Assembly (NCBI GenBank): GCA_964414335.1
Contig: CAYPWC010000001.1
Location: 1 to 34,209, forward strand
Source: an uncultured Gammaproteobacteria bacterium
Lineage (GTDB): Bacteria > Patescibacteriota > Patescibacteriia > Patescibacteriales > UBA12465
Direction: 5' to 3'
DNA length: 34,209 nt
Numbering within the stretch: position 1 is the first letter of the stretch; the number at the start of each line of letters is the position of its first letter. The position numbers were made by a program, and so were the translations under genes. Below are positions 8,681-18,640 of the stretch, piece by piece. The notes under the pieces were generated by a model. It ran no database searches, was not told the origin of the DNA, and was given only the letters and a program-made list of their open reading frames with translations.

Positions 8681-9566
8681 TTTTCAAAGTTCGAAAATTG
8701 AACCCGAGGAGCAAGATATTATTGGCGTAATTGTCTTTTTTGATTTATTTGACCACCCCTTAACCGCCTGGGAATTAAAAAAATATTTGGCGACTAATAT
8801 TCTTTTTTCAGAGTGGCTGAAGATTTTAGATAAGTTGGTGGCAGCTGGTCAGCGGTTAGTTGAATGCGAAGGTTTTTATTGTTTAGCTGGTCGAGAGGAG
8901 ATTGTTAGAATCCGTCAAAAAAGACATAATTATTCGGAGAGAAAAATGAAAATTGCCCGACGATTCACGCGGATTTTTAAGATGTTTCCGGCTGTTCAAA
9001 TGGTCGCTTTGGCCAATTCTCTCGGGCAGAATAATTTACGAGATGGAAGTGATATTGATTTTTTTATTATCAGCAGCCCTAAGCGGATTTGGTTAACGAG
9101 ACTTTTTTGTGCTAGTTTGGCGAAGATGGCAAACAGTCGGCCAACGCAGAATAATAAGCGCGATAAAATTTGTTTAAGTTTTTATTTGGCAACCGATCAG
9201 CTTAATTTAAAGGAATTAGCTTTGTCAGGAGGGGATCCCTATTTTTTTTACTGGCAACGAACTTTAGTTTTGTTGTATAATAAAAACAAAACAGCTGAGA
9301 AGTTTTTTGCCGCTAATGGTTTTGGGTTAAAGGATGATGGTAGTGGTGAAAAATCAGCCACCTCGGTTTTTTCGGGACTCGTTAATGTCCTAGAGGTCTT
9401 AGCTAAAAAATTACAACTTATAATTATGTCGCCCGCGCTAAAACGGGCGGCTAACAATTCCGTCGGCGTTGTTATTAGGGAGGGAATACTCAAGCTCTAC
9501 CTTAAGGACAATCGTCAGGAATATGCTGAAAACTATGGAAACAGGCTTCGCGAAATTCTTTCGTAA
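8673..9566 (+). CDS. hypothetical protein, possible nucleotidyltransferase-fold domain
   Basis: The ATG overlaps the rmuC stop (ATGCTTAA), which implies translational coupling. ANSLGQNNLRDGSDIDFFII resembles the G[GS]...DxD signature of Pol-beta-type NTases. The functional call is weak. Confidence 0.55.
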   Translation: MLNFQSSKIEPEEQDIIGVIVFFDLFDHPLTAWELKKYLATNILFSEWLKILDKLVAAGQRLVECEGFYCLAGREEIVRIRQKRHNYSERKMKIARRFTRIFKMFPAVQMVALANSLGQNNLRDGSDIDFFIISSPKRIWLTRLFCASLAKMANSRPTQNNKRDKICLSFYLATDQLNLKELALSGGDPYFFYWQRTLVLLYNKNKTAEKFFAANGFGLKDDGSGEKSATSVFSGLVNVLEVLAKKLQLIIMSPALKRAANNSVGVVIREGILKLYLKDNRQEYAENYGNRLREILS

Positions 9567-10836
9567 AATAACAGAATATCTAAGTTATTTGTTTGTTTTT
9601 AGTTTGCCCTGGCAGGCGAAATTTATTATTCGCGCTAGTGAAACCAATTACTCAGAGATTAGCCTATATGCTAGTTATGGGCTGTTGGTGCTTATTTTAG
9701 GAATTTTCCTTTTTTGGCGCTTTAAAGAAGGGGGCAGCGACGATGAGTTTCGTCCATTGATTTATTCTTTAGCTTCTTTGGGTCTATTTATTTTTATTTC
9801 AATTTTCTTTGCTCCTGATAAGTTGTTAGCCTTTTATCGTTATTTTATTTTTTTAGCCGGCCTTAGTTTATTTTTTGTGGTAAGATTGGGCGCTCGGAGC
9901 AGAAGTTATTGTGAGCCCTGGTTTGATAAGATAAAGTTAATTTATAGTTTTTTAATTAGTATCTTTTTTCAGGCCTTATTAGGAATTTATCAATTTTTAA
10001 CTCAAAGCAGTCTGGAGTTTAAATATCTTGGGCTAGCTAATCATAACCCGTCGATTTTAGGAACATCGGTTATCGAAACAGAGGCTGGTCGTTGGTTGCG
10101 AGCCTATGGTGGCCTTGACCACCCCAATATTTTAGGAGGAGTTTTGGCTCTCGCTTTAATTTTAGCCGCCTATTTATTGGCCAAAAAGAAAAATCTCAAT
10201 ACGCGTCGTCAGCTATGGTCGTCAATTTTTCTATTTGTTTTTTATTTTGTTTCCCTGTATGCCCTTTTCTTTACATTTTCTCGCAGCGCTTGGCTAGCAT
10301 TTATTGTTGGTTTAGTGGCTTTATTGGTAGTTTTTATTATTAAAAAAGATAAGTGGATTATTAGTCGTTTTATAGCAATTATTTTTTTCTCCGCCGTTTT
10401 AATTGGTGTCGCCGCCGTTCCTTATCAAGATTTATTATTGGTCCGTCTTGACGGCGAAAGTCGTTTAGAACAAAAATCAATTACGGAACGCACTTTATAT
10501 ACTTGGCAGGCGAAAGATTTAATTGAAAAAAACTTTTTATCAGGAGTGGGGGTGGGAAATTATACTACGGCTCTAGCCGTCCAGGATGGTTATAGTCAAC
10601 CAACTTGGAATTACCAACCAGTCCACAATGCTTGGTTGCTTCTCTGGGCGGAAAGCGGCGTCTTTTCCTTATTGTCACTTTTAATTTTCTTCTTTTCCTT
10701 AATTAGAAGCGGCCGCCGGGAGGCTTATGCTTTTGCAATTTTGGCGCCCATAATTGTTTTAATGATTTTTGATCATTGGCTTATCAGTTTGCCCTTTGGT
10801 GTGATTTTTTTCTTTTTATTCCTGGCTTTGATTTAG
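9523..10836 (+). CDS. O-antigen ligase / polymerase (Wzy_C)-like polytopic membrane protein
   Basis: Many TM segments are present. The central FSRSAWLAFIVGLVALL, a large loop and then HNAWLLLWAESG are typical of the O-antigen ligase family. The track start at 9469 is a TTG deep inside the previous gene. The ATGs at 9523 or 9535 are more plausible, so the start is uncertain. Confidence 0.7.
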   Translation: MLKTMETGFAKFFRKITEYLSYLFVFSLPWQAKFIIRASETNYSEISLYASYGLLVLILGIFLFWRFKEGGSDDEFRPLIYSLASLGLFIFISIFFAPDKLLAFYRYFIFLAGLSLFFVVRLGARSRSYCEPWFDKIKLIYSFLISIFFQALLGIYQFLTQSSLEFKYLGLANHNPSILGTSVIETEAGRWLRAYGGLDHPNILGGVLALALILAAYLLAKKKNLNTRRQLWSSIFLFVFYFVSLYALFFTFSRSAWLAFIVGLVALLVVFIIKKDKWIISRFIAIIFFSAVLIGVAAVPYQDLLLVRLDGESRLEQKSITERTLYTWQAKDLIEKNFLSGVGVGNYTTALAVQDGYSQPTWNYQPVHNAWLLLWAESGVFSLLSLLIFFFSLIRSGRREAYAFAILAPIIVLMIFDHWLISLPFGVIFFFLFLALI

Positions 10837-10881
10837 AAAAGTTAACAGTTTACTTCGATTACCAGCTTACTAAAATTTTTT

Positions 10882-10914
10882 AGACGCGCGCCTGAGAAAC
10901 GGCGGGCGTCTTTA
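10882..10914 (+). terminator. Rho-independent terminator
   Basis: GC-rich stem agacgcgcgcc / ggcgggcgtct with one mismatch and loop tgagaaac, followed by TTT. Confidence 0.6.
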
Positions 10915-10916
10915 AA

Positions 10917-10945
10917 TTGCCGGTAAAATATGTTAAGTTTAGATT
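10917..10945 (+). promoter_or_regulatory. possible sigma70-like promoter for the M16 peptidase to queA gene string
   Basis: TTGCCG (10917-10922), a 17-nt spacer, then TAGATT (10940-10945). The -10 element is only moderate. Confidence 0.3.
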
Positions 10946-10971
10946 AGCGGTTTAAATATCAGAAATTTTTT

Positions 10972-12237
10972 ATGAACAACTATAAAAAAACATCATTGTC
11001 AAATAAAGTGCCTTTAATCACGGTTCCGATTAAAGGAGCGAAAACAACCACGGCCTTAGTCATGTTTAAGACTGGATCAAGAAATGAGAGCCGTGAAAAC
11101 AATGGAATTTCTCACTTTTTAGAGCACCTGTTTTTTAAAGGCACAAAGAAGCGCCCCAACACATTAACTCTATCTAGCGACATGGATTCCCTTGGTGGCG
11201 AATACAATGCCTTTACGGCCAAGGAGTATACGGGCTATTGGTTCAAAGTAGCAAACAACAAGGTTCATAGAGCGCTCAATATTATGGGTGATATGTTGTT
11301 TAATTCTTTATTTGACCCTGAAGAGATTGAGCGTGAAAAGGGGGTTATTATTGAAGAGCTCAATATGTATGAAGATACGCCCCGAATTCATATTGAAGAT
11401 ATTTTTGAGACTTGTCTTTATGGTGATACCCCGGCGGGCTGGGAAACTGTGGGTACTAAAGAAAACATCCGTCGTTTTAAGCGGGCTGATTTTATTAAAT
11501 ATCTTGAAACACAGTATGGATCTAAGAGTGCCTATATTATTATTGCTGGAGCAGTAAAGACAAGCGATAAAAAACTGGTGGCTAAGATTTTTGGTCGATT
11601 TGGAAATAATAAATTTCAAAAAAAGCCAAAAGTGGTTGAAAACCAAAAATCTCCTCAGTTAAAAATCGTTCACAAAAAGACCGATCAACTAGTTTTGTCT
11701 TTAGGTGTGCGAACAATTCCCTTTGGTCACCCGGATGAATTTAAGCTTAAGCTTTTAGCCATTATCTTGGGCGGTTCAATGAGTTCGCGTTTATTTATTA
11801 ATCTTCGTGAACGCCGAGGTCTAGCTTATTATGTTAGAACTAACACGGAGTTTTATTCGGACTCTGGTTATTTGACAACGCAAGCCGGGGTGCCAGCCGA
11901 TAAAATCAAAGAGGCAATTGAAATCATTCTTCACGAGTATAAAAAGATTAGTCGGGAGCTGATTCCGGCTCGAGAATTAAAAAGGGCTAAGGATTTATTG
12001 CAGGGGCGCGTACTTCTACAGATGGAGGCATCGGATAATTTAGCTAATTGGTATGCTCAGCAAGCTATTTATCGTCGCCAGATTTTAACCCCAGGCGAAC
12101 TAATTAAAAATATTAAAAAGATTACTCCCGCTGAATTACGGTCGGTTTCTCGGCGCCTATTTGTTAATCGAAATTTAAACTTAGCCCTAATTGGCCAAGC
12201 CCAAGCAGAAAAGATTAAACCGCTTTTAAAATTATAA
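10972..12237 (+). CDS. M16 (pitrilysin/insulinase) family zinc peptidase
   Basis: The inverted zinc motif HxxEH is present in GISHFLEHLFFKGT. The two-domain length (421 aa) and the downstream E of EYNAFT fit M16B. Confidence 0.85.
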   Translation: MNNYKKTSLSNKVPLITVPIKGAKTTTALVMFKTGSRNESRENNGISHFLEHLFFKGTKKRPNTLTLSSDMDSLGGEYNAFTAKEYTGYWFKVANNKVHRALNIMGDMLFNSLFDPEEIEREKGVIIEELNMYEDTPRIHIEDIFETCLYGDTPAGWETVGTKENIRRFKRADFIKYLETQYGSKSAYIIIAGAVKTSDKKLVAKIFGRFGNNKFQKKPKVVENQKSPQLKIVHKKTDQLVLSLGVRTIPFGHPDEFKLKLLAIILGGSMSSRLFINLRERRGLAYYVRTNTEFYSDSGYLTTQAGVPADKIKEAIEIILHEYKKISRELIPARELKRAKDLLQGRVLLQMEASDNLANWYAQQAIYRRQILTPGELIKNIKKITPAELRSVSRRLFVNRNLNLALIGQAQAEKIKPLLKL

Positions 12238-12238
12238 T

Positions 12239-13357
12239 ATGCCTTCACGCTGGTTAGAGAGAATAATGAATTTAATAATCCTGTTGCTAGTTTTGGCGGC
12301 GGGATTGTTTTTATTTCCTCAAAAAGAATCAGGGCTAAGTTTATACAAAGAGGCTCTGCGCCCCAATTTATTTAAAGCCTGGGAAAATTTAACTCGAATA
12401 GATGAAGAGGTGCGGCTTTTTCCGGAGGCCCCGATTATTCCCGAGATTAATTTATTGTTTTTTGGTGATTTAATGCTTGATCGCAATGTGGCCGCCAGAT
12501 TAGAAAATAGAGATTTAAACTGGTTATTAGAGGGCTTAAATGTGGATGTTAATTTTTCGCAGTTCGATTTAGTGGGAGCTAATTTAGAGGGGGCAGTTAC
12601 TAAGGACGGTGAGCACTATGCGCCACACAATCTTTATGATTTTGCTTTTTTGCCCGCCCGGGTAGCAGAATTGAAAGAATATAATTTTTCCTATTTTTCT
12701 TTAGCAAACAACCACTTCAGTGACCAGGGACCTGTCGGCGTTCAGTCTACTCGTGACAATTTAGGGGCCAGCGGTTTTTATTTTAGTGGCGATATTGATG
12801 CTCGAGTTTCAGAACATTCTTGGCAATTGGTTACAATTAAAGATAAAAAATTTGCCCTAGTGTCTTTATCAATGGTTTATAATAATTTTGATGAAGAGGC
12901 TGTCAAAAGTCTTTTAGCTAAAATCAGACCCCAAGCTGATTATTTGCTGATTAATATTCATTGGGGCGTGGAGTATGAACATAAACATCGCCCTTTTCAG
13001 GAGCGCTTAGGTCGGCTTTTAGTTGATGAAGGGGCGGATGTTGTAATTGGTCACCATCCTCATGTTGTTCAGGGAATGGAAATCTATCGCGGGCGACCAA
13101 TTTTTTATTCGTTAGGCAACTTTATTTTTGATCAATATTTTTCGGTCGATACCCAGGAGGGCCTAGCTTTAAGGATGAAAATTAAGGGGGATCAGCTGGA
13201 AATTGAACTTTGGCCGCTAGAATCAGCTCGAAGCGTGCCGCGTTTAATGGTGACCGATAAAAAACAGGCTTTTTTAGAAAAATTTGCTTCTTGGTCTAAG
13301 CTTGAGCCCGGTCTTAAAGAGCAAATAGAGGGGCAAAAAATCCTTATTGCCAAGTAA
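12239..13357 (+). CDS. CapA/PGA_cap family metallophosphatase-like protein with an N-terminal membrane anchor
   Basis: The start lies 1 nt after the previous stop. Motifs: FGDLMLDR, ANLEGAVT, SLANNHFSDQG, NIHWGVEYEH, IGHHPHVVQG and YSLGNFIFDQ. Confidence 0.8.
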   Translation: MPSRWLERIMNLIILLLVLAAGLFLFPQKESGLSLYKEALRPNLFKAWENLTRIDEEVRLFPEAPIIPEINLLFFGDLMLDRNVAARLENRDLNWLLEGLNVDVNFSQFDLVGANLEGAVTKDGEHYAPHNLYDFAFLPARVAELKEYNFSYFSLANNHFSDQGPVGVQSTRDNLGASGFYFSGDIDARVSEHSWQLVTIKDKKFALVSLSMVYNNFDEEAVKSLLAKIRPQADYLLINIHWGVEYEHKHRPFQERLGRLLVDEGADVVIGHHPHVVQGMEIYRGRPIFYSLGNFIFDQYFSVDTQEGLALRMKIKGDQLEIELWPLESARSVPRLMVTDKKQAFLEKFASWSKLEPGLKEQIEGQKILIAK

Positions 13358-13382
13358 GGCCAAAAGCTTTAAAATTATCATC

Positions 13383-16300
13383 ATGACTAGCGAATTGCTA
13401 AAAAAATTAAATTCCGCTCAAAATCAAGCCGTGACCCATGATCAGGGACCGCTTTTGATTGTCGCGGGAGCCGGTACTGGCAAGACGACAGTTTTAATTA
13501 ACCGGCTCGCTTATTTAATTTTAGAAAAAAAAGTTTCCAGTGAAGAAATTTTGCTTTTAACTTTTACCGAGAAGGCGGCCGGTGAAATGGAGGAGAGAGC
13601 TGATCGAATTTTACCTTACGGCTATACTGATCTCTGGATTAACACTTTTCATGGTTTTGGCGAACGCTTGCTTCGCGCCCATGCTCTAGATATTGGTTTA
13701 AATGCTAACTTTAAATTGTTAACCGAAACGGATCAATGGATTTTAATTAAAAGAAATTTAGCACGCTTCAATCTTGATTATTATCGTCCGCTGGGAAATC
13801 CTACTAAGTTTATTTCCGAATTAATCCGTCATTTTTCTCGTCTTAAGGATGAAAACATTTCTCCGGCGGAATATTTAAATTATTCTGAGGAGCTACTTGC
13901 TAACGAGGATAATAAATTAAGTGGTTTAAAGCCAGTTCGGGGAGCGAAACGAACAAAGAGTAAGAGGGGAGTCTTGCCGGAGTTTGAAGAGGAGCTAGAA
14001 ATTACTCGAATTAAAGAATTGGCTGAAGCCTACCATACATATAATCAGTTGTTATTAGAGAATGGCTATTTAGACTTTGGTGATTTAATTGTTTATCTTC
14101 TCAAGCTGTTTAAAGAACGGCCAAATATTTTAAATTATTACCGGAGACAGTTTAAGTATTTAATGGTAGATGAATTTCAGGATACTAATTGGGCCCAGTA
14201 TGAACTAGTGAAACTTTTAGCTGCCCCCCAAAATAATTTAGTGGTAGTGGGTGATGATGATCAGGCGATTTATAAGTTTCGGGGAGCCTCCATTTCTAAC
14301 ATTATGCAGTTTAAGGATGATTATCGGGGAGCGGCGGAGTTAGTATTAACCGAAAACTACCGTTCTCGCCAAGAAATTCTCGATTATGCCTACCAATTCA
14401 TTCAAAATAATAATCCGGAACGTCTTGAGGCGCGTCTAAAAATTGATAAGCGCTTGACCGCCAAAGGGGCTGTAACTAAAAAACCACGAACCGAACCGGC
14501 GGTTAAATTTTATAACTTTGAAACAGCGGCTGATGAGACGTCCTTTGTTGCTCAGCAAATTGCCACCCTATATGAAGCGGAAAATAATTCGGGCAGCGGT
14601 ATTAGCTGGAATGATTTTGCGATTTTAGTGAGAGCTAATGATACGGCCGAGGGTTATGTCAAAGAATTAAGTCGATATAATATTCCTCACCAGTTTATGT
14701 CCTGGCGAGGATTATATTATAAGCCATTAATTTTGGATATTCTGGCCTATTTGCGCCTCCTTGATAATTATCATGAATCGTCGGCTCTTTTCAGGGTTCT
14801 AAACATGGATATTTTTAAGGTTTCTCATAGTGATCTAGTAACAATTAATAAGGTGGCAGCTAAAAAAGTTTGGTCGCTGTATGAAGCCTTGAAAAACGTC
14901 GCCGTTATTAATGATATTAGTGCAGAAAGCTTTAAAAGTATTAATAAGTTACTCAACCTTTTAGAACAGCATTCGCTGTTAGTTGCTAGTGAAAAACCGA
15001 CCAAAATATTTTTACATTTTGCTTATGATTCTGGTCTGTTAACTGACTTAGATCATGATCGTGATTTAGAAAAATTCTCTTATCTTAATCAGCTTTATCA
15101 AAAAATGAAGCGCCTTGAAGAGAATGAGCCGGATTTACGTTTAAAAGATTTTTTGGAGGCAATTAATCTGGAATTAGAGGCGGGTGAAACGGGTGCTTTA
15201 AAACTTGATTTTGCTGATCATGAAACGGTAAAGATAATGACAATTCATGGCGCCAAGGGTTTGGAATTTAAATATGTTTTTGTGGTTAATTTGGTTGATA
15301 AAAAATTTCCCACAATTAGTCGTGGAGAAAAAATTTCTATTCCCGACGCGCTAGTTAGGGAGAAGGTGGTCAGCTCCGGAGATGTTCACTTAGAAGAAGA
15401 GCGGCGGTTGTTTTATGTCGCTATTACGCGCGCGAAAGAGGAGCTGTATTTAAGTGGGGCTAAAGATTATGGTGGCGTCAGAGAAAAAAAACCCTCACGG
15501 TTTATGGCGGAAATGGGTATTAGTAGTTCATTTTTACCAGAAATTACCCTTAGTCAAAAAAATGAATTTTTACGAGATCTCCATTATTTAAATATTCGCG
15601 AAACGGAAATCAGTTCAAAAAAATTGCCAGTCGAAAAATATCCGCTTCCGGAAAAATTTTCTTTTTCACAGTTAGCGGCCTTTTCAACTTGCCCACTACA
15701 ATATAAATTTGCTTTTGTCTTAAAAATTCCCGCTTCGAGCGACAAGGCGAGTCTGATTTTTGGTCGAGTACTGCATAACACTTTATATAATTTTTTGTTA
15801 CCGTTTCTGGAGGCGGGGAAAAATTTGCAGGGTGATTTATTTGCTGCTTCTGAAAAAGAGGCGCGGGAAAAACAACGAGTAAAACTTCTGACGCTTGATC
15901 GACTTTTAGAGATCTATGAAGAGTTTTGGCAGACCGATGGGTACCGTAATAAGAAAGAGCGGGAAGACTATAAGAAAAAAGGCGAGGGGGCACTGAAAAA
16001 ATTCTATGACGACTATCGTGCTGGCTCGCTTCAAAAAATATTATTTTTAGAGAAGAGGTTTTCTTTCAAAATCGCTGGTGAGATTATTAAGGGAGCGATT
16101 GACCGCATTGATCAGCTTGCCGATGGATCACTAGAAATTATTGATTATAAGACGGGTAAAGGGAAGACAAAGTTGGAATATGCCGATAAGAGGCAGCTTA
16201 TTCTTTATCAGCTTTTTATTGAAGAATTTTTGGGTGCCAAGGTTAGCGCTTTAAGCTATTATTATTTAGAAACTGGCGAGAAGATTACTTTCTCGGCAGC

Positions 16301-16439
16301 GCCTAAAGAAATTGATAAGTTGCGTTTAGAAATTGGGACGGAAATAGCGGCGATTAAAAAGCGAGATTTTAGTCCAAAACCGTCACCGATGTGTCAATTT
16401 TGTGATTTTAATTCCATTTGCGAATTTCGTCAGCTTTAG
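13383..16439 (+). CDS. UvrD/PcrA/AddA-type SF1 helicase fused to a C-terminal PD-(D/E)xK (Cas4/AddB-type, 4-Cys) nuclease domain
   Basis: Walker A is GAGTGKTT, followed by FTEKAAGEM, VDEFQDTN, VGDDDQAIYKFRGA, TENYRS, TIHGAKGLEF and FYVAITRAKE. The C-terminus carries FSTCPLQYKF, GAIDRID, EIIDYKTGK, QLILYQ and CQFCDFNSIC. I take the ATG at 13383 as the start, because the track start at 13347 overlaps capA. Confidence 0.85.
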   Translation: MTSELLKKLNSAQNQAVTHDQGPLLIVAGAGTGKTTVLINRLAYLILEKKVSSEEILLLTFTEKAAGEMEERADRILPYGYTDLWINTFHGFGERLLRAHALDIGLNANFKLLTETDQWILIKRNLARFNLDYYRPLGNPTKFISELIRHFSRLKDENISPAEYLNYSEELLANEDNKLSGLKPVRGAKRTKSKRGVLPEFEEELEITRIKELAEAYHTYNQLLLENGYLDFGDLIVYLLKLFKERPNILNYYRRQFKYLMVDEFQDTNWAQYELVKLLAAPQNNLVVVGDDDQAIYKFRGASISNIMQFKDDYRGAAELVLTENYRSRQEILDYAYQFIQNNNPERLEARLKIDKRLTAKGAVTKKPRTEPAVKFYNFETAADETSFVAQQIATLYEAENNSGSGISWNDFAILVRANDTAEGYVKELSRYNIPHQFMSWRGLYYKPLILDILAYLRLLDNYHESSALFRVLNMDIFKVSHSDLVTINKVAAKKVWSLYEALKNVAVINDISAESFKSINKLLNLLEQHSLLVASEKPTKIFLHFAYDSGLLTDLDHDRDLEKFSYLNQLYQKMKRLEENEPDLRLKDFLEAINLELEAGETGALKLDFADHETVKIMTIHGAKGLEFKYVFVVNLVDKKFPTISRGEKISIPDALVREKVVSSGDVHLEEERRLFYVAITRAKEELYLSGAKDYGGVREKKPSRFMAEMGISSSFLPEITLSQKNEFLRDLHYLNIRETEISSKKLPVEKYPLPEKFSFSQLAAFSTCPLQYKFAFVLKIPASSDKASLIFGRVLHNTLYNFLLPFLEAGKNLQGDLFAASEKEAREKQRVKLLTLDRLLEIYEEFWQTDGYRNKKEREDYKKKGEGALKKFYDDYRAGSLQKILFLEKRFSFKIAGEIIKGAIDRIDQLADGSLEIIDYKTGKGKTKLEYADKRQLILYQLFIEEFLGAKVSALSYYYLETGEKITFSAAPKEIDKLRLEIGTEIAAIKKRDFSPKPSPMCQFCDFNSICEFRQL

Positions 16440-16454
16440 TTAGACTTTAAATAT

Positions 16455-17465
16455 ATGGATACTAATGATCGTTTAATTAGCCCGATGGAAAGAAAAGGTG
16501 ATGAGGCCTTGGATTTGTCTTTGCGTCCTAAAACCCTAAAAGAATACATCGGCCAGGAGAAGATTAAAGAAAACTTAAGCATCACAATTGCGGCTGCTAA
16601 AAAAAGGGGCGAGGCAATTGAGCATGTTTTGCTTTATGGCGCCCCGGGACTAGGAAAAACCACTTTAGCTCATGTGATTGCTAATGAGGTTGGCGCAAAT
16701 ATTCGCGTTACCTCCGGCCCGGCCATTGAAAAAAGTGGCGACTTGGCGGCGATTCTAACAAACCTTGAAGCGGGAGATATTCTATTTATTGATGAAATCC
16801 ATCGTCTTCATAAGACAATTGAGGAAATTTTATATCCCGCCATGGAAGATTATGCTTTGGATATTGTTATGGGCAAAGGCCCAAGCGCTCGAACCTTGCG
16901 TTTAGACTTACCGAAATTTACTATTATTGGCGCGACCACGCTGGCTAGCCTGCTATCCGCGCCGCTTCGCGATCGCTTTGGGATTACTCATCATTTAAAT
17001 TTTTATGAAGCTAGCGATATTGAAAAGATTATTCAACGCAGTGCGAAGATTTTGGGGGTAGCGATTGATGATGATGCCAGGCAAGCGATTGCTACTCGTA
17101 GTCGGCGAACGCCCCGGATTGCTAATCGGCTTTTAAAGAGAGTTCGTGATTACTGCGAAGTAAAAGGGGACGGTAAAATTTCCCTTACTGATTGTTTGGC
17201 CGCTTTTAGTATGCTTGAAGTTGATGAGCTTGGTTTGGATTTAATTGATCGTCGGATTTTAGAAACGATTGCCGTTAAATTTAAAGGTGGTCCAGTCGGA
17301 CTCAATACCTTGGCCGCAGCTACCGGCGAAGAAATGGATACAATTGAAAATATGTATGAACCCTATCTGATGCAGTTAGGCTTTTTAGATCGTTCTCCTC
17401 GGGGCCGCGTTATTACCGCTCTTGGTTATGAGCACTTAGGGATAACGGGAGGAACTATTAAATAA
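16455..17465 (+). CDS. ruvB: Holliday junction branch-migration helicase RuvB
   Basis: Motifs [60 protein letters not shown] and the C-terminal winged helix. Confidence 0.95.
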   Translation: MDTNDRLISPMERKGDEALDLSLRPKTLKEYIGQEKIKENLSITIAAAKKRGEAIEHVLLYGAPGLGKTTLAHVIANEVGANIRVTSGPAIEKSGDLAAILTNLEAGDILFIDEIHRLHKTIEEILYPAMEDYALDIVMGKGPSARTLRLDLPKFTIIGATTLASLLSAPLRDRFGITHHLNFYEASDIEKIIQRSAKILGVAIDDDARQAIATRSRRTPRIANRLLKRVRDYCEVKGDGKISLTDCLAAFSMLEVDELGLDLIDRRILETIAVKFKGGPVGLNTLAAATGEEMDTIENMYEPYLMQLGFLDRSPRGRVITALGYEHLGITGGTIK

Positions 17466-17481
17466 TTTAAGTTTGTTTTTC

Positions 17482-18534
17482 ATGTCATCTTTAGTTAAGG
17501 AGTTTGATTATTATTTACCACCGGAGCTAATCGCCCAAGAACCTTGTCGGCCGCGAGATCATTCGCGGCTGTTATTGTTAAATAAAAAGACGGGAGAGAT
17601 TAAACATCAACACTTTTTTGAATTACTTGATTTTTTGCAACCAGGAGACTTATTAGTATTAAATAATTCAAAAGTTTTTCCGGCTCGATTAATTGGTCAT
17701 AAGCAGGAAACAGGTGGTGAAGTTGAAGTTTTTTTGCACCAGCCTAAAAGTCAGAACATCTGGGAGTGCCTGCTTAAGGGTCGAGTAAAAGAGGGTTTAG
17801 AAATTAGATTTTCTCATTCACTTACCGCTTTGGTTCGGGAAAATAATCAAGACGGCACTTGGCTGGTAAAGTTTAATTTAAGCGGCCAAAAGTTTTGGCA
17901 AGCAATTAATAAGATTGGCGAAGTACCGCTCCCTCCCTATATTAAAAGACAAGATCAAAAAAGAAGTGACCGTCAAAATTATCAAACCGTTTTTGCGGCC
18001 GACAATAAAATTGGCTCCGCTGCGGCGCCGACCGCTGGTCTGCATTTGACTAGAGCGCTTTTAGAGAAAATTAAAGCTCGGGGTGTAAAGATTGCCTATG
18101 TTACTTTACATGTTGGTCTGGGAACTTTTGCCCCGGTTAAGACGGAAAGAATTCAGGATCATAAAATGCATCGAGAGTTGGTGGAAGTTAGTGCCTCTAC
18201 GCTAAAAGATTTACAGAAAGCACGTCAGGCGGGAAGGAGAATCATCGCCGTTGGCACGACTAGTTGTCGGGCGCTTGAATCCTTGCCAGAAGCTGAATTG
18301 AGATCAGGTGTGCCGCTTACCAAGAAAACTTTTTGGACTGAGATTTTTATTTATCCGCCCTATCGATTTAAGCTTGTAAATGCCCTAATTACCAATTTTC
18401 ACCTTCCAAAATCGAGCCTAGTAATGCTAGTTAGCGCTTTGGCTGGTCAAAAGAACATAAAACAGGCCTATCAAGAGGCGATTAAAGAGAAATATCGCTT
18501 TTTCAGTTATGGTGATGCGATGTTTATTTATTAA
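17482..18534 (+). CDS. queA: S-adenosylmethionine:tRNA ribosyltransferase-isomerase
   Basis: Motifs FDYYLPPELIAQEP..PRDHSRLL, PLPPYIKR, TAGLHLT, HVGLGTF, VGTTSCRALES and FFSYGDAM. The track start at 17473 is a TTG, and the ATG at 17482 gives MSSLVKEFDY. Confidence 0.9.
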   Translation: MSSLVKEFDYYLPPELIAQEPCRPRDHSRLLLLNKKTGEIKHQHFFELLDFLQPGDLLVLNNSKVFPARLIGHKQETGGEVEVFLHQPKSQNIWECLLKGRVKEGLEIRFSHSLTALVRENNQDGTWLVKFNLSGQKFWQAINKIGEVPLPPYIKRQDQKRSDRQNYQTVFAADNKIGSAAAPTAGLHLTRALLEKIKARGVKIAYVTLHVGLGTFAPVKTERIQDHKMHRELVEVSASTLKDLQKARQAGRRIIAVGTTSCRALESLPEAELRSGVPLTKKTFWTEIFIYPPYRFKLVNALITNFHLPKSSLVMLVSALAGQKNIKQAYQEAIKEKYRFFSYGDAMFIY

Positions 18535-18554
18535 CATTAGCTAAAAAATACGAT

Positions 18555-18583
18555 TTGATTTTTTTTCGTTTTTCTGATATACT
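18555..18583 (+). promoter_or_regulatory. sigma70-like promoter with extended -10 upstream of lepB
   Basis: TTGATT (18555-18560), a 17-nt spacer, then TATACT (18578-18583) preceded by TGa. Confidence 0.5.
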
Positions 18584-18640
18584 GGCTACTATTATTAGCT
18601 CTTTTTTTCTTATTTTTGAGAAAAAAGAGGGTGGAAATAT

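Noticed and set aside
18599-18629. Hairpin in the lepB leader (ctctttttt / aaaaaagag) whose 3' arm overlaps the SD, as a possible translational switch
   Set aside because: The stem is almost entirely A-U with a 13-nt loop, so it is weak. Such pairings are expected by chance between T-runs and A-runs in AT-rich spacers.
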